From Oceanispirochaeta sp. (GTDB lineage: Bacteria; Spirochaetota; Spirochaetia; DSM-2461), in the NCBI GenBank assembly GCA_963666275.2, contig CAXXOA010000002.1:1536001-1600000 (forward strand): DNA of 64,000 nt, written 5' to 3'. Every line of letters begins with the position of its first letter. The first letter of the stretch is position 1. The position numbers were made by a program, and so were the translations under genes. A model generated the notes under the pieces. It was not told the origin of the DNA, did no database searches, and worked only from the letters and a program-made list of their open reading frames with translations. Shown here piece by piece: positions 33,296 to 43,764 of the stretch.

Positions 33296-35614
33296 CTATC
33301 TGATCCACTCCTCCAGGCGGTTCTGCTGCCGGATCAGATGGTAGCGGACAAACTCGTTGAGAAAGCGCATCCCGTCTTCGGCTGTCAGAAAGACAGGTAC
33401 CCCTCCGGATTCCAGAATCTTTCCCATCTTGTTGTACGACGAATCCAGGCCGGAAGTGGCAGTCAGAGAGACCACAAAGGGTTTTCTGTGCTTCTTCCTG
33501 AGATCAACAATCCCTTTGGCTATATTCTGTGGATACGCATCGATCTCACTGTCCGTGGTGTGAAGGTATCCCGAATGGGGTACAATCGAAATGAGCAGGG
33601 AGTCGACGGATTTGGAGCTCAGAAGGAGGTCTATGGCTTTAACAAAGATCTCATCGCCGATCATGGGGGTCAGATCCAGCAATGGTTCTATCGTGACAAA
33701 CGGGGGAAGCAGGGACGAGAGGCTCTCTCTGGCGGAGGCATCCAGGTCGGCCAGTTTCAGATCCCTCAGATTGTCCGCCGCGTTGGCTTTTTCATAACCT
33801 GCATTGGTTATCACCGCAGTCCGGCTGCCTTTGACCTCCCTGTCGTAGAGCATGGCGAAGGTTTTGATATAGCCCTGGTGTTCCGTCATGGTTTCCGCTA
33901 CGATCAGTCCTGCCTGTTTCATAGCCGCTTTTGCCACGGCATACTCTCCGGCGATACTGGCCGTATGGGACTGAGTGGCCTGCTGCCCCTCCTGAGTCCT
34001 TCCGGCTTTATAGACCACAATGGGGATGGCGTTCTGTTCGGCCATACTGCGGGAGGCTATGGAGAAGAGCCGCCGGCCCGCTCCCGGCTGAAATCCCTCG
34101 ATATACACACCGATCACGCGTATGTCCGGGTCGTTCTTCCAGAAACTTATAAGATCGCAGGGATCGACATCCAGCTGATTGCCGTAACTGACCACCACTT
34201 TGGGGCTCACCGCGTGGCGAAGCTCGGAAAGCTCCACCAGTCCCAGGGCTCCGCTCTGGCTGAAGAGAGCCAGGTTCTTTTCTCTGGACAGGTCCAGATG
34301 GAATTTGGTTTCGGGAATAAAAAACGTATTGATCCCGGGGACTTTGCCCTCATCCCCTGTAAAGACCACACCCAGACAGTTGGGGCCCATTATTCTTATG
34401 TTTTTCTCCCGGCAGAGCCTGAGTATCTCCTCTTCCGGTCCCCGGTCATGAGAGGTTTCGCTGAAGCCGCCCGGGATGAGAAGGATACCCCGGCAGGAGT
34501 GATCCACAGCCTGCTCCACCACGCCTTTCGCGGCCCCGGCCGGAACTGTGACGACCACCAGTTCCACCCGGGAAGGAAGGCTCTCCAGGGAGGGATAGAG
34601 GGGGATCTCCAGATCCTGAATCCGGGTAGTCCCTCCTCTGGGATTGATGCAGTAGACGTCCTGTCTGTTCAGTTTGAGCAGATTGGATGCAATGATATTG
34701 CCCGGCCTTGTCTGATCGTCCCCGCTGACTCCTACCACCGCAATACCCCGGGGAGTGAAGAAGGCCTCCATATTTCTGAAAAACAGGGAGGATTCCGATT
34801 CTTCCCTTATTTGCATCGGGGAGGCTGTTTTTTTCGGAGCGCAGCAGGCATATCCGTCCAGGGCAATCATCCGCCGGTCTCTGTCAAAGACAAAGGGATT
34901 GATTTCGAACTCACTCAGAACCAGAGGGACATCCCCGCTGCAGGAGGGGAAAAAACCGGAAAAGCAGGTGGAGAGTTCGCTGAATTTCAGAATTGTATCC
35001 AGGATCTGGTCCATATATTCCTGTTTGTTCTCCTGAGTATATTTCTTGCGGATTTCCGTTGACCAGAGAAGCGCTCTGGCCCATTCGTAGGAAACAGGAG
35101 GGAGGATCAGATTGGGGGGTGAAAAATTGGCCGCAAAGTGCTCCGCATCGGAGCCCCCTTTACTGAAACTGATAACAGGGCCGAAGGTCTCGCTCTCCCG
35201 GAAGCCTATCATCACTTCATTACCCAGTTCGGGTGAGTAGTCTATATGCTCCACAAGAAGGGCTCCCTCAACAGAATAGCCCGCCTGCTGAATATCATCA
35301 CACATCCGGCGGAAAGAGTACTGAAGAAAGTCCAGGTCCTTATGGAGGACTCTAACGCCCCCCAGTTTCTCTTTATGAGCCACATCGGGAGAGACGATTT
35401 TAAGGACAACTTTACTGCTGCCGAAGGAGGAGAGAGCCTGCCTGGTTATCTCCTTTTCATGGCTGAGGAAGATATGATGGGGGGTGCCGATCCCGATGAT
35501 ATCCAGGATCCGGTACACCTCATGTTCATAGAGTTGGGTTCTCCTGTCATCAAGAGCCGACTCCAGAATCTGCCATACCCTTTTTTTCCACTGCGTATCT
35601 GCCGGTCTGCTCAT
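33296..35614 (-). CDS. ADP-forming acetate/acyl-CoA synthetase family protein, ATP-grasp domain N-terminal
   Basis: HKEKLGGV, FGPVI and EINP (ATP-grasp), then MGPNCLG, SQSGA and phospho-His SHTASIAG. Confidence 0.88.
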   Translation of the reverse strand: MSRPADTQWKKRVWQILESALDDRRTQLYEHEVYRILDIIGIGTPHHIFLSHEKEITRQALSSFGSSKVVLKIVSPDVAHKEKLGGVRVLHKDLDFLQYSFRRMCDDIQQAGYSVEGALLVEHIDYSPELGNEVMIGFRESETFGPVISFSKGGSDAEHFAANFSPPNLILPPVSYEWARALLWSTEIRKKYTQENKQEYMDQILDTILKFSELSTCFSGFFPSCSGDVPLVLSEFEINPFVFDRDRRMIALDGYACCAPKKTASPMQIREESESSLFFRNMEAFFTPRGIAVVGVSGDDQTRPGNIIASNLLKLNRQDVYCINPRGGTTRIQDLEIPLYPSLESLPSRVELVVVTVPAGAAKGVVEQAVDHSCRGILLIPGGFSETSHDRGPEEEILRLCREKNIRIMGPNCLGVVFTGDEGKVPGINTFFIPETKFHLDLSREKNLALFSQSGALGLVELSELRHAVSPKVVVSYGNQLDVDPCDLISFWKNDPDIRVIGVYIEGFQPGAGRRLFSIASRSMAEQNAIPIVVYKAGRTQEGQQATQSHTASIAGEYAVAKAAMKQAGLIVAETMTEHQGYIKTFAMLYDREVKGSRTAVITNAGYEKANAADNLRDLKLADLDASARESLSSLLPPFVTIEPLLDLTPMIGDEIFVKAIDLLLSSKSVDSLLISIVPHSGYLHTTDSEIDAYPQNIAKGIVDLRKKHRKPFVVSLTATSGLDSSYNKMGKILESGGVPVFLTAEDGMRFLNEFVRYHLIRQQNRLEEWIR

Positions 35615-35761
35615 TTTCAGACGCCCCCTTGTAGATGCCTTTATTACTGCATTATTGGGGCAGCTGCGGGTTCTGTCAAATCTGATTTCCCCGGGGGCTG
35701 TCCGGTTGGGGAAAATCAGATTCGGGGGCGCTGGAATTACAGGCGGCTCCGGCTGGTTCTT

Positions 35762-37105
35762 CTACAGGGATTCTTCTGGAGGCGCCGGCCGGCGGACTTT
35801 TATTCCCAGAACAAACAGAACCGTCAGTATCCCCAGGCAGATCAGGGATGCCGTACTGTAGGATCCTGTGTATTTCCGGATCAGGCTGAAAAAGTAGGGG
35901 CCCACGGCCGAACCGGCTACCATCAGTCCCATTATCTGTCCTGTGATGGCTCCCAGGTGCTCTATTCCGTAGTACCGGGGCCAGACGATGGAGTTGGTAA
36001 TATTGAAGAGGCCCACTGTGATTCCGTAGGAAATAATGATCATTACATAGGGCACTCCCGGGGCTATGCGGGAGATGAAAAACATGGCTGTCAGCAGACT
36101 GGCCTGCTGGACAAGGAGGATATATCTTATCCGAATGAAATCGCTCAGCCAGCTGCCGACAAAATTGGCCGTAATGGAGAGGAATGAGGCAGGCAGAAAG
36201 ATACCGATAGCCTGTTCTCTTGTCATCCCGACGGATTCGAAGATAGAGACAATGTGAAAAGTGAAGGCTGTAATAAACAGGGAGTGCATTGTCAGGGTCA
36301 GGCCCAGAACCCAGAAGGGGAGAGTCTTTCGCGCCTCTTTGAGGGTAAAACTTTTCTCAGGATGACTGGGCGGGCGGGTGGTTCTGACTTTTACCTCCCG
36401 GAGGCTGTCCGGTTTCATTCCGCAGTCAAAAGGATTGTCACGGCCTATAAGAAAGTAGGCCAGGGTCCCTCCGGTGATGATCCCGATTCCCATCAGGCGC
36501 CAGGCTCCGTTCCATCCGCTGTTTTGAACCATATCGTTGAGGAATCGGGGCGCCAGGGAAAAACCGAAGGAGGTACAGACTCCCAGAACGGCATTGGCTC
36601 GTCCCCGGTAGATATCAAACCATTTCATCACCATATTTTTTGAAATCAGGGTGACCATTCCCTGCCCCAGAAAGCGCAGGAGAAAAAAGGAAAGGCTTAT
36701 GAGTATAAAGGCAATCGCACGGGGAGGAAGAGGAATGACCGAGTTGAGAAGTCCGAGGAATGCTTCCAGCCCCGAAAGGCCTATCAGCAGGAGTCCCAGG
36801 AGGAATACCGCAAGAGTTCCCATGACTCTGGCTCCGTATTTATCCAGGCTCTTTCCCGCCGGTGTCAGGATCAGCGCACTGATGATGGTTCCGATCATAT
36901 AGGCCAGGGAGAGGTTCACTCTGGAGAGATCCAGGACCCGGATCAGATCGTCCGTAAAGACCGATACTCCCACGGTCTGGCCGGGAAGGCTCATCCATAC
37001 CCCGATGACTCCCATAACCAGGATAACCCATCCGTAATAGAAGGGAAGGGATGAGGGAGAGAAGGGAAAGGATACCATTTTTTTAATACTGTTTTTTTGC
37101 GTCAT
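35762..37105 (-). CDS. MFS transporter
   Basis: About 12 TM segments; GKSLDKYGAR motif A; KWFDIYRGRA. Confidence 0.9.
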   Translation of the reverse strand: MTQKNSIKKMVSFPFSPSSLPFYYGWVILVMGVIGVWMSLPGQTVGVSVFTDDLIRVLDLSRVNLSLAYMIGTIISALILTPAGKSLDKYGARVMGTLAVFLLGLLLIGLSGLEAFLGLLNSVIPLPPRAIAFILISLSFFLLRFLGQGMVTLISKNMVMKWFDIYRGRANAVLGVCTSFGFSLAPRFLNDMVQNSGWNGAWRLMGIGIITGGTLAYFLIGRDNPFDCGMKPDSLREVKVRTTRPPSHPEKSFTLKEARKTLPFWVLGLTLTMHSLFITAFTFHIVSIFESVGMTREQAIGIFLPASFLSITANFVGSWLSDFIRIRYILLVQQASLLTAMFFISRIAPGVPYVMIIISYGITVGLFNITNSIVWPRYYGIEHLGAITGQIMGLMVAGSAVGPYFFSLIRKYTGSYSTASLICLGILTVLFVLGIKVRRPAPPEESL

Positions 37106-37149
37106 ATCCCGTAATCATAGCGGTTACGGGAGAGACAGGGCAAGACATG

Positions 37150-37653
37150 TCAGGGAATAGTTATTGTCCCCGTATAGGCCCAGCTGTGCTTTCTGCCTGT
37201 ATTATCGTTTTTGCCGTAGGCCAGCAGAAGGGGATAGGTTTCGCCTCTTTCCAGCAGGGTATCGTACTCGTCTGAGCTGCCCAGGGGCAGGGAGAAACTG
37301 ACTGTTGTGTCTTCCTGAGTCTGTCTTCCCGAGAGGATCTGGAGATTCTGAGCTCCTCCCAGATCTATATCCCTTTTGTGTGAAAAGGATCCTGTGCCGA
37401 AGTGGTCCTCTCCCATGGCAATACCCATATCATCGTCGACCCAGACCTGAATCAGATTGGCATCCCGCATGATCTTTGTGGCGCCTGTACCGAAAGCCAG
37501 CCATCCGGTTGTGGGAGCGCTCATGACGACCACAAGTCTGTCCTCTCTCACTTCCCAGCTGATGGATACGTCATCCTTTTCGAACAGGCTCTGACCTGAC
37601 AGGGAGAAAAGGGATAAAGAGATGGTTAAAAGAAAGAAAATTCGAATCTTCAT
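37150..37653 (-). CDS. Exported DOMON domain protein
   Basis: Signal peptide MKIRIFF (ATG 37653, SD GAGGAGG); APTTGWLAFG..M..A..I and LLAYG...H pattern. Confidence 0.75.
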   Translation of the reverse strand: MKIRIFFLLTISLSLFSLSGQSLFEKDDVSISWEVREDRLVVVMSAPTTGWLAFGTGATKIMRDANLIQVWVDDDMGIAMGEDHFGTGSFSHKRDIDLGGAQNLQILSGRQTQEDTTVSFSLPLGSSDEYDTLLERGETYPLLLAYGKNDNTGRKHSWAYTGTITIP

Positions 37654-37828
37654 AGCTGTGCCTCCTCTAGTAAAATGAACCAATTCTCAGGAGTTTGCAA
37701 TGACTCTCTTCAGTTTCTATCTGAACTGGCCGAAAAATTCACTGATTACCACCGAATCGGTGGATTTTTCTATGTTAAGACGATTAGTATTCTATTAGTA
37801 AAGCGTAAATAAAAGGAAGAGATTCACT

Positions 37829-38365
37829 ATGAAAAATAATCTGGCTGTTATCACGGGCGTAGGAGAGGACAGAATCGGTATTGTTGATGATTTTACCTCA
37901 TTTATCGAGTCCAAAAAGGGGAATATTCTGGAGAGCCGGATGTCGGTCCTCGGAGGGGAGTTTGCCGTGATCATGCTGATCTCCGGAGAAAAGAGGGCCA
38001 TCAGCGGACTTATCAGTGATATTGAAGAGCTTGAAAGGATTTCGGGACTCCGCATAGAGATCAAACCCACGGTTTCGCAGGATCAGGACAGGAACAGCAT
38101 TCCCTATATACTGGAGTGTGTCTCTCTGGACAGCCCGGGGCTTGTGCACTCGGTTACCCGGTTTATCCGGGAGCAGGGTATAAACATTGAAAGCCTGGAG
38201 ACCGAAACCAGTCACGCCCCCTGGACGGGAGCTCCTCTCTTTAAAATGCGGGCCAATCTGATTGTCCCCATGACTGTCTCTGTTCAGGAAGTCAGGAAAG
38301 GACTGAACAGTCTGGAACAGGAAAAGGATCTGGATATCACCTTCCGGGCCATTACGGGACAGTAA
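37829..38365 (+). CDS. GcvR-like double ACT domain protein
   Basis: GEDRIGIV, NILESRMSVLGGEFA and DSPGLV motifs. Confidence 0.88.
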   Translation: MKNNLAVITGVGEDRIGIVDDFTSFIESKKGNILESRMSVLGGEFAVIMLISGEKRAISGLISDIEELERISGLRIEIKPTVSQDQDRNSIPYILECVSLDSPGLVHSVTRFIREQGINIESLETETSHAPWTGAPLFKMRANLIVPMTVSVQEVRKGLNSLEQEKDLDITFRAITGQ

Positions 38366-38447
38366 TTTTTCCTGTCCTGTGTGTTTTCCCTGAGGGTTCG
38401 GCTGGTATTGATAGTCAAACAGAGGTTAATCTGGTATTTTGAGTAGT

Positions 38448-39404
38448 ATGGTCTTATCTGAAAACAGGCACTACCTCTTTTTTCTGGACAGAAAAATACT
38501 CATAAAAGACGGTCAGTCTCTTTCCATAGGAAGAGACCAGTCCTGTGATATCCTGCTGGAGGAGAGAACGGTCTCCCGTAACCATGCCAGGATCTGGCGG
38601 GAGAAGGACCGGGTTTTTCTGAAGGATATGGGGAGCACCAACGGGGTGCAGCTGAATTACAGGAATGTTACCGAGCAGAGCCTCAGTTCGGAGGACCGCA
38701 TCATCATCGGCCCTTTTGTCCTGGTGTACCGGATTGTGTCTGATGAAAGCTCTTCATCGGATTCTCCTGTACAGTCCAGTGAAAATATCCTGTCGGAGAC
38801 TCTGCTCCTTGAAAAGAAAGTGGCCACGATTCTCAATAATATTGATGATTCTGAGATCAGAAACCAGCTTTTTGATCTCAAACATATAATAAACAGATCC
38901 AAGGAGAAACTCTCCCGTCTGGCCCTGGTGGATCAGCTGACCCTTCTCTACAACAGAAGGTATTTCGATGATTCCCTGGCCAGAGAGGTGGAGAGGGCCA
39001 GACGGTACAGTCAGAGCATCTGTCTGGTTCTTATCGATATTGATCTGTTCAAGAATATCAATGATACCTACGGTCACCAGAAAGGGGATGAGATCCTCCA
39101 CCTGGTGGCCCAGACTATCAGTGACAATCTCCGCCTCAATGATATTGCTTCCCGCTACGGGGGGGAGGAGCTGGCTGTTATCCTTCCTGAAACCACCCTT
39201 CCCCAGGCTCTTGTCACCGCGGAAAAGCTGAGAGCCGCCGTTCAGGCTGATACCCTTGCCAAGTCGGGTGTGGAAGTCACCATAAGCCTGGGGGTCGCCG
39301 AGTTCCGGGACGGGGATAATGCGGCTTCCGATATGATCAAACGGGCAGATGAAGCTATGTATGAGGCCAAAAAACTGGGCCGGAACAGGGTCTTTCCCGA
39401 ATAA
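38448..39404 (+). CDS. FHA-domain diguanylate cyclase
   Basis: FHA: IGR..VSRNHA..GSTNG. GGDEF: DIDLFK.INDTYGH, RYGGEEL, with RxxD I-site. Start is probably ATG 38448 rather than TTG 38439. Confidence 0.92.
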   Translation: MVLSENRHYLFFLDRKILIKDGQSLSIGRDQSCDILLEERTVSRNHARIWREKDRVFLKDMGSTNGVQLNYRNVTEQSLSSEDRIIIGPFVLVYRIVSDESSSSDSPVQSSENILSETLLLEKKVATILNNIDDSEIRNQLFDLKHIINRSKEKLSRLALVDQLTLLYNRRYFDDSLAREVERARRYSQSICLVLIDIDLFKNINDTYGHQKGDEILHLVAQTISDNLRLNDIASRYGGEELAVILPETTLPQALVTAEKLRAAVQADTLAKSGVEVTISLGVAEFRDGDNAASDMIKRADEAMYEAKKLGRNRVFPE

Positions 39405-39427
39405 TTGCAGCAGAATAAGGAGTTTCT

Positions 39428-40651
39428 ATGACCAAGGATCACAAAATCGGGAAAGGCAGGCCTGATAAATTTGCCGGATTCATCTGGACTTTCGGGAGTT
39501 TTATATCCAGACAGATCTATAACAAGGCATTGAACCTGCAGTTCCGGAACTTTGAGATTCTGGAGAATATGGAACCCCCTTTTCTGATTATGGCCAATCA
39601 TGTGACCAACTATGATCCTGTGATCATCTCCTCCAATTACAGACATCTTGTCCACTGGGTGGCAAATGATGCGGTTTTCAGACATCCCGTTATAAGATGG
39701 GCTTTCAACAGGGTTCAGACCATACCGAAAACCAAAGGGATGTCCGATCTGGATACGGTCCGTCTAATGCATGAAAAAATCAGGGAAGGCGGAGTGGTGG
39801 GGCTGTTCCCCGAAGGGAAAACCTGCTGGGACGGCAGAACTCAAAGCGTTATGCCTGCCACGGCCAAACTTGTCAAACTGCTGAAGGTTCCCGTTGTCTC
39901 TGTGACAATCCGGGGCGGATATATGACTCAGCCCCGCTGGGTATGGCCCAAAAACAGGAGGCGGAGCCGGATCCTTCTGGACACCCGTCTGCTCATAGAA
40001 AAGGATGAGATTAAAAGCCTGAGCGTGGAAGAGATCGACCGCCGCCTGGAAGAGGGACTCGGGAATGACGATTTTCTTTTTCAGAAAGAGAATCCCGTGC
40101 TTCTGGAAAGTGAAAAACGGGCGGAGCATCTGGAGCTTTTTACCTATATCTGTCCCAGGTGCGGGCGCCTTGAGGCGTTGAGGTCCCGGGGCAATGAGGT
40201 CAATTGTGTAAACTGTAAATGGGCTTTTTCGATCGATCCCTACGGACAGCTTCCGTCGGATCAGGACTTTCCCTTTGCCGATCTGACCCAGTGGAACCGC
40301 TGGCAGCAGGAGGAGACGGTAAAGCGGGTGGAAAAGTACCTGGGGGATTCGGAAAATGTGGCCCCCCTCCTGGAAGACCGGGGGATTACCCTTTTAACCG
40401 GAGCGGGACTGGTGCCTCTGAAACCTCTTTGCAGAGGGGATGCCCAGCTTCTGAAGGACCGGATCCTCTTCACTCCCATCCGGGGGGAGACACTTACCTT
40501 TCCCCTGAGTGAGATAGAAGCTCCCAGCATTTTCAAACAGCAGAAGTTCGAGTTCTATCATAAGAAAGTTCTCTACCGCTTCCATTATCAGAATCCCTGG
40601 GATTCCGCCTATAAGTGGCTCTCTTTTCTCCAGGCTCTCATGAAGGCCTGA
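39428..40651 (+). CDS. Lysophospholipid acyltransferase (PlsC-like) with C-terminal Zn-ribbon/PH-like extension
   Basis: NHVTNYD and FPEG motifs; CPRC...CVNC. Confidence 0.88.
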   Translation: MTKDHKIGKGRPDKFAGFIWTFGSFISRQIYNKALNLQFRNFEILENMEPPFLIMANHVTNYDPVIISSNYRHLVHWVANDAVFRHPVIRWAFNRVQTIPKTKGMSDLDTVRLMHEKIREGGVVGLFPEGKTCWDGRTQSVMPATAKLVKLLKVPVVSVTIRGGYMTQPRWVWPKNRRRSRILLDTRLLIEKDEIKSLSVEEIDRRLEEGLGNDDFLFQKENPVLLESEKRAEHLELFTYICPRCGRLEALRSRGNEVNCVNCKWAFSIDPYGQLPSDQDFPFADLTQWNRWQQEETVKRVEKYLGDSENVAPLLEDRGITLLTGAGLVPLKPLCRGDAQLLKDRILFTPIRGETLTFPLSEIEAPSIFKQQKFEFYHKKVLYRFHYQNPWDSAYKWLSFLQALMKA

Positions 40652-41066
40652 TCAGGTCGGGTTTCCCGGCTCTCCTCCGGATCCTGTTGATTCCCCGGTA
40701 GATACTGTCCCGGGATATCAGTCTGATTTCAAGGTCTCTTTTACCGGGAAAATCCATCACAAGAAGCCCCGCCAGAATCGTCAGGATTCCCTGGCCCGGT
40801 GTAAACAGCATAATCCCTCCCATCAGGAGCAGAAGAACTCCCAGAAGGTTTCTGACCACCCCTGACAGGATTCTGAAGATCCGGCTTCTCAGACCGGCAT
40901 GATCTCTCCTGTGTCCCTCTTTCTCCAGGAAATAGTCCGTGGGAATCCGTATGAGAATGACCGGGAGGATCAGGAGGGTTCCGAAAAATGTGACAAGCGA
41001 CAGGCCCCCGGCAAGCCAGAGAATCCAGGGGTTCTGACCTGTCAGCTCAGAGAATAAGGAGCCCAT
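40638..41066 (-). CDS. PGPGW-like small membrane protein
   Basis: IPTDYF, RNLLG and MLFTPGQGILTIL motifs. Confidence 0.75.
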   Translation of the reverse strand: MGSLFSELTGQNPWILWLAGGLSLVTFFGTLLILPVILIRIPTDYFLEKEGHRRDHAGLRSRIFRILSGVVRNLLGVLLLLMGGIMLFTPGQGILTILAGLLVMDFPGKRDLEIRLISRDSIYRGINRIRRRAGKPDLIRPS

Positions 41067-43215
41067 AGTCCATCAGTTCCCGGAAGAGGCTGTTTTCCGA
41101 AATCTCAGGATCTGTCAGTCCGAAATGACCGGCCAGTTCGGGGATTTCCCTGTACAGAATTCCCCGGTCTCCCGATTGCCTCAATGAGGCTTTTTCAAGA
41201 AGGGCCAGGAAGAACTGTCCCTCTTCGGGGGATATCTGCAGCAGCTCCTGATAGCTGTTCCCCCGGAAGATCAGAGTATCCTCTTCCAGTTCCGGGAGGC
41301 TTTCTATCCAGACAATCCGGGAGTTATCCCGAAGGTCAATTTCAAAGGGGACATTGATCATCCGGGAAACAGCGTGACGTTTCACTGAGGGGCGGGGAGT
41401 TTTAAAGGTGAACCACTCTTTCAGGGGGATATGGAATCCCCGGTTGTTCATGTAGTTGAACAGGGAGGTTTTCAGCCCCTCCCCGAAGGCGGAAAGATCG
41501 GGCCCTTCCTGATGGAAGAGGAGATCATTCCGTGTAAACTCGCTCTCTTCGGGACTGTCAATGGTAATGCCGAACGCTTCGGGGTTCAGACCCGCCGGAC
41601 TGTGGGCCGTCAGGGCAAACTGATGCCAGAATCCCGACTGGATCAGACGGGAGGCAAACATCTGTCTCACCGTATCCAGGGCATTGATCAGCTCCTGGGG
41701 AGTCTGCCCGGGAAATCCGTACATCAGATAGGTGTGGACCATGATCCCCGCCTCCCGGAAGGCCCGGGCCACCTGGACAACCTGTTCAACCGTGACTCCC
41801 TTGTCCATCAGCTCCAGAAGCCGGTCCGAGGCGACTTCCATCCCTCCCGAGACGGCGATACAGCCCGAGCGGGCCAGGAGGCGGCAGAGGTCCGGTGTAA
41901 ACTGCTTCTCAAAGCGTATATTGGTCCACCAGGTGACTGAAACTCCCCGGGAGATCAGTTCAATAGCCAGCTCTTTCAGGAGCCTGGGAGGGGCCGCCTC
42001 GTCGACAAAGTGGAAACTCCTCCTTCCGGTCTGTTCAATCAGATCTGTCATCTGATCCACCAGATCCCGGGGATTGCCCGGATCGTAGTGTTCTATATAA
42101 TCCAGAGAGGTGTCGCAGAAGGCGCAGCGGTGCCAGTAACAGCCATGGGCCAGGATCATTTTGATCCAGGGGCCTTCGCTCCAGAGTCTGTGCATCGGGT
42201 TCTGACGGTCCGTCAGGGAGAGATAGCTGTCCAGGGGAAGATCCGAATAGTCGGGGGCGGGACGGTTTTTGTGAACACAGCGGGATTCTCCCTTGTTGAA
42301 GTAGAATCCTCCGTCCATGATGAAGTAGGTTCTTACCAGGCTGTCGTAGTCGAATTCTTCTCCCTTCTTCTTTCTTTCCAGCTGATTCACAAGAGCCCCC
42401 ATGGCATCTTCCCCGTCGTCCAGGGTTATGTAGTGAAAGTAATCCATCAGCCGGGGATCCTGAAGACTGCGCAGTTCGGTGTTCACATAGCCCCCGCCGG
42501 CGCAGACTGTGACAGACGGATGCAGCTGCCGGATATACTGGGCCCCCCGGAGGGCCTGGAAAAGATTGCCCGGAAAAGGGATGGAAAATCCCACAAGTTC
42601 CGGTTCGAAATCGTCCATATGGTATTTCAGTATCAGCCGGTGGTAGTCGTCTATCAGGCCGTTTTCTGTTTCCAGCCGGAAGGAGAGTTCGTCAAAAGAG
42701 GGGGGGGACAGGGCTATCCGTTCGGCATACCTGCTGAAACCGAAATCCTCATCCACCGCTCTTGTGATATAGTCCCCCAGGTCCTCCAGAAAAAGGGTGC
42801 TCCGGAAACGGGCCAGATCTGTGATTCCCATGGCGCCGAAGGCATCCTCCTGAGGGATGTTATGGATGAATCTTTCCCCTTCGGGCAGGTAGCCCGGTCT
42901 GGCAAGCAGAGTGGCCAGTCCGTTATCGCCCCCCTGCAGAAAGGTCACCACAGGATCGATAGCTTCAATGTACCTGTCTTTGAGGATCCTCATCCGCCTG
43001 AGGGCGTCTGGCTCCTGTTCCGGGCTCAGTCCGGAGGGGTGGTCGAACACATCGGCTATTCCGTTGCGGGAGAAGAGGGAGAGGAATACTTCCAGTCCTG
43101 TATCGGCCTGCCGGACCTGATGGCCTTCCCTTGTCAGCCAGGCTTTGAGATAGGCCGTGGCGGGGTAGGGGGTATTGAGCTGGCAGAAAGGCGGGGTTAT
43201 CAGTAGTATTTTCAT
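41047..43215 (-). CDS. B12-binding domain radical SAM protein
   Basis: PPFCQLNTPYPA N-terminus, CYWHRCAFC, FVDEA and YLMYGFP motifs. Confidence 0.9.
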   Translation of the reverse strand: MKILLITPPFCQLNTPYPATAYLKAWLTREGHQVRQADTGLEVFLSLFSRNGIADVFDHPSGLSPEQEPDALRRMRILKDRYIEAIDPVVTFLQGGDNGLATLLARPGYLPEGERFIHNIPQEDAFGAMGITDLARFRSTLFLEDLGDYITRAVDEDFGFSRYAERIALSPPSFDELSFRLETENGLIDDYHRLILKYHMDDFEPELVGFSIPFPGNLFQALRGAQYIRQLHPSVTVCAGGGYVNTELRSLQDPRLMDYFHYITLDDGEDAMGALVNQLERKKKGEEFDYDSLVRTYFIMDGGFYFNKGESRCVHKNRPAPDYSDLPLDSYLSLTDRQNPMHRLWSEGPWIKMILAHGCYWHRCAFCDTSLDYIEHYDPGNPRDLVDQMTDLIEQTGRRSFHFVDEAAPPRLLKELAIELISRGVSVTWWTNIRFEKQFTPDLCRLLARSGCIAVSGGMEVASDRLLELMDKGVTVEQVVQVARAFREAGIMVHTYLMYGFPGQTPQELINALDTVRQMFASRLIQSGFWHQFALTAHSPAGLNPEAFGITIDSPEESEFTRNDLLFHQEGPDLSAFGEGLKTSLFNYMNNRGFHIPLKEWFTFKTPRPSVKRHAVSRMINVPFEIDLRDNSRIVWIESLPELEEDTLIFRGNSYQELLQISPEEGQFFLALLEKASLRQSGDRGILYREIPELAGHFGLTDPEISENSLFRELMDYGLLIL

Positions 43216-43220
43216 AAGTG

Positions 43221-43724
43221 TTATCTGTTGAAGACGAATCCGGCTCCTATCCTGTGATTCATTCCGTCCTGGAATACCATCATATACTGGACGTAGGCAA
43301 ACAGGAGGTTCAATCGCAGACCGGTTGTAAAACCTCTTCGTCTTGTGAGGGATTCCTTTTCTATAATGATATTCTCCATGTCTATACCTGCCAGAGCTGT
43401 CACAGTGAGCAGGTTCAGTGCCTGGAGTTTGAAGTAGGCTTTGGGAATGTGCTGGTTAATGGCTACATTATAGCCTGCCAGGTCCTCATCAAAAGACCAG
43501 TCTCTGGCAAACTCATATTCCGCCCCCAGGCTCATGCCGGGAAGAAAGGCATAACCGATTCCTCCGTAGAGGGCGAAACCGGCAGGGAAGTCAGGATGAT
43601 GCTCTTCACCGCTTGTGAAATAGCCATTGTAGCCGCCTCCCAGATGAAAGTCTGGACTTCCGGCAGGCAGGAGTGTGAGCCCCGTCAGAATCATAAGCGC
43701 CGGTATCAGAATCAATCGCTTCAT
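43221..43724 (-). CDS. Putative small outer-membrane beta-barrel protein
   Basis: Signal peptide, amphipathic Gly/Tyr-rich strands, C-terminal RIGAGFVF. Confidence 0.55.
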   Translation of the reverse strand: MKRLILIPALMILTGLTLLPAGSPDFHLGGGYNGYFTSGEEHHPDFPAGFALYGGIGYAFLPGMSLGAEYEFARDWSFDEDLAGYNVAINQHIPKAYFKLQALNLLTVTALAGIDMENIIIEKESLTRRRGFTTGLRLNLLFAYVQYMMVFQDGMNHRIGAGFVFNR

Positions 43725-43764
43725 TTTTCCATCCTCTCCCTTTCCGCAGGGCTTACCCCGGTTC

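Noticed and set aside
33338..36187. Plus-strand ORFs 33338-35062 (574 aa) and 35246-36187
   Set aside because: Antisense to the well-supported acyl-CoA synthetase and MFS genes.
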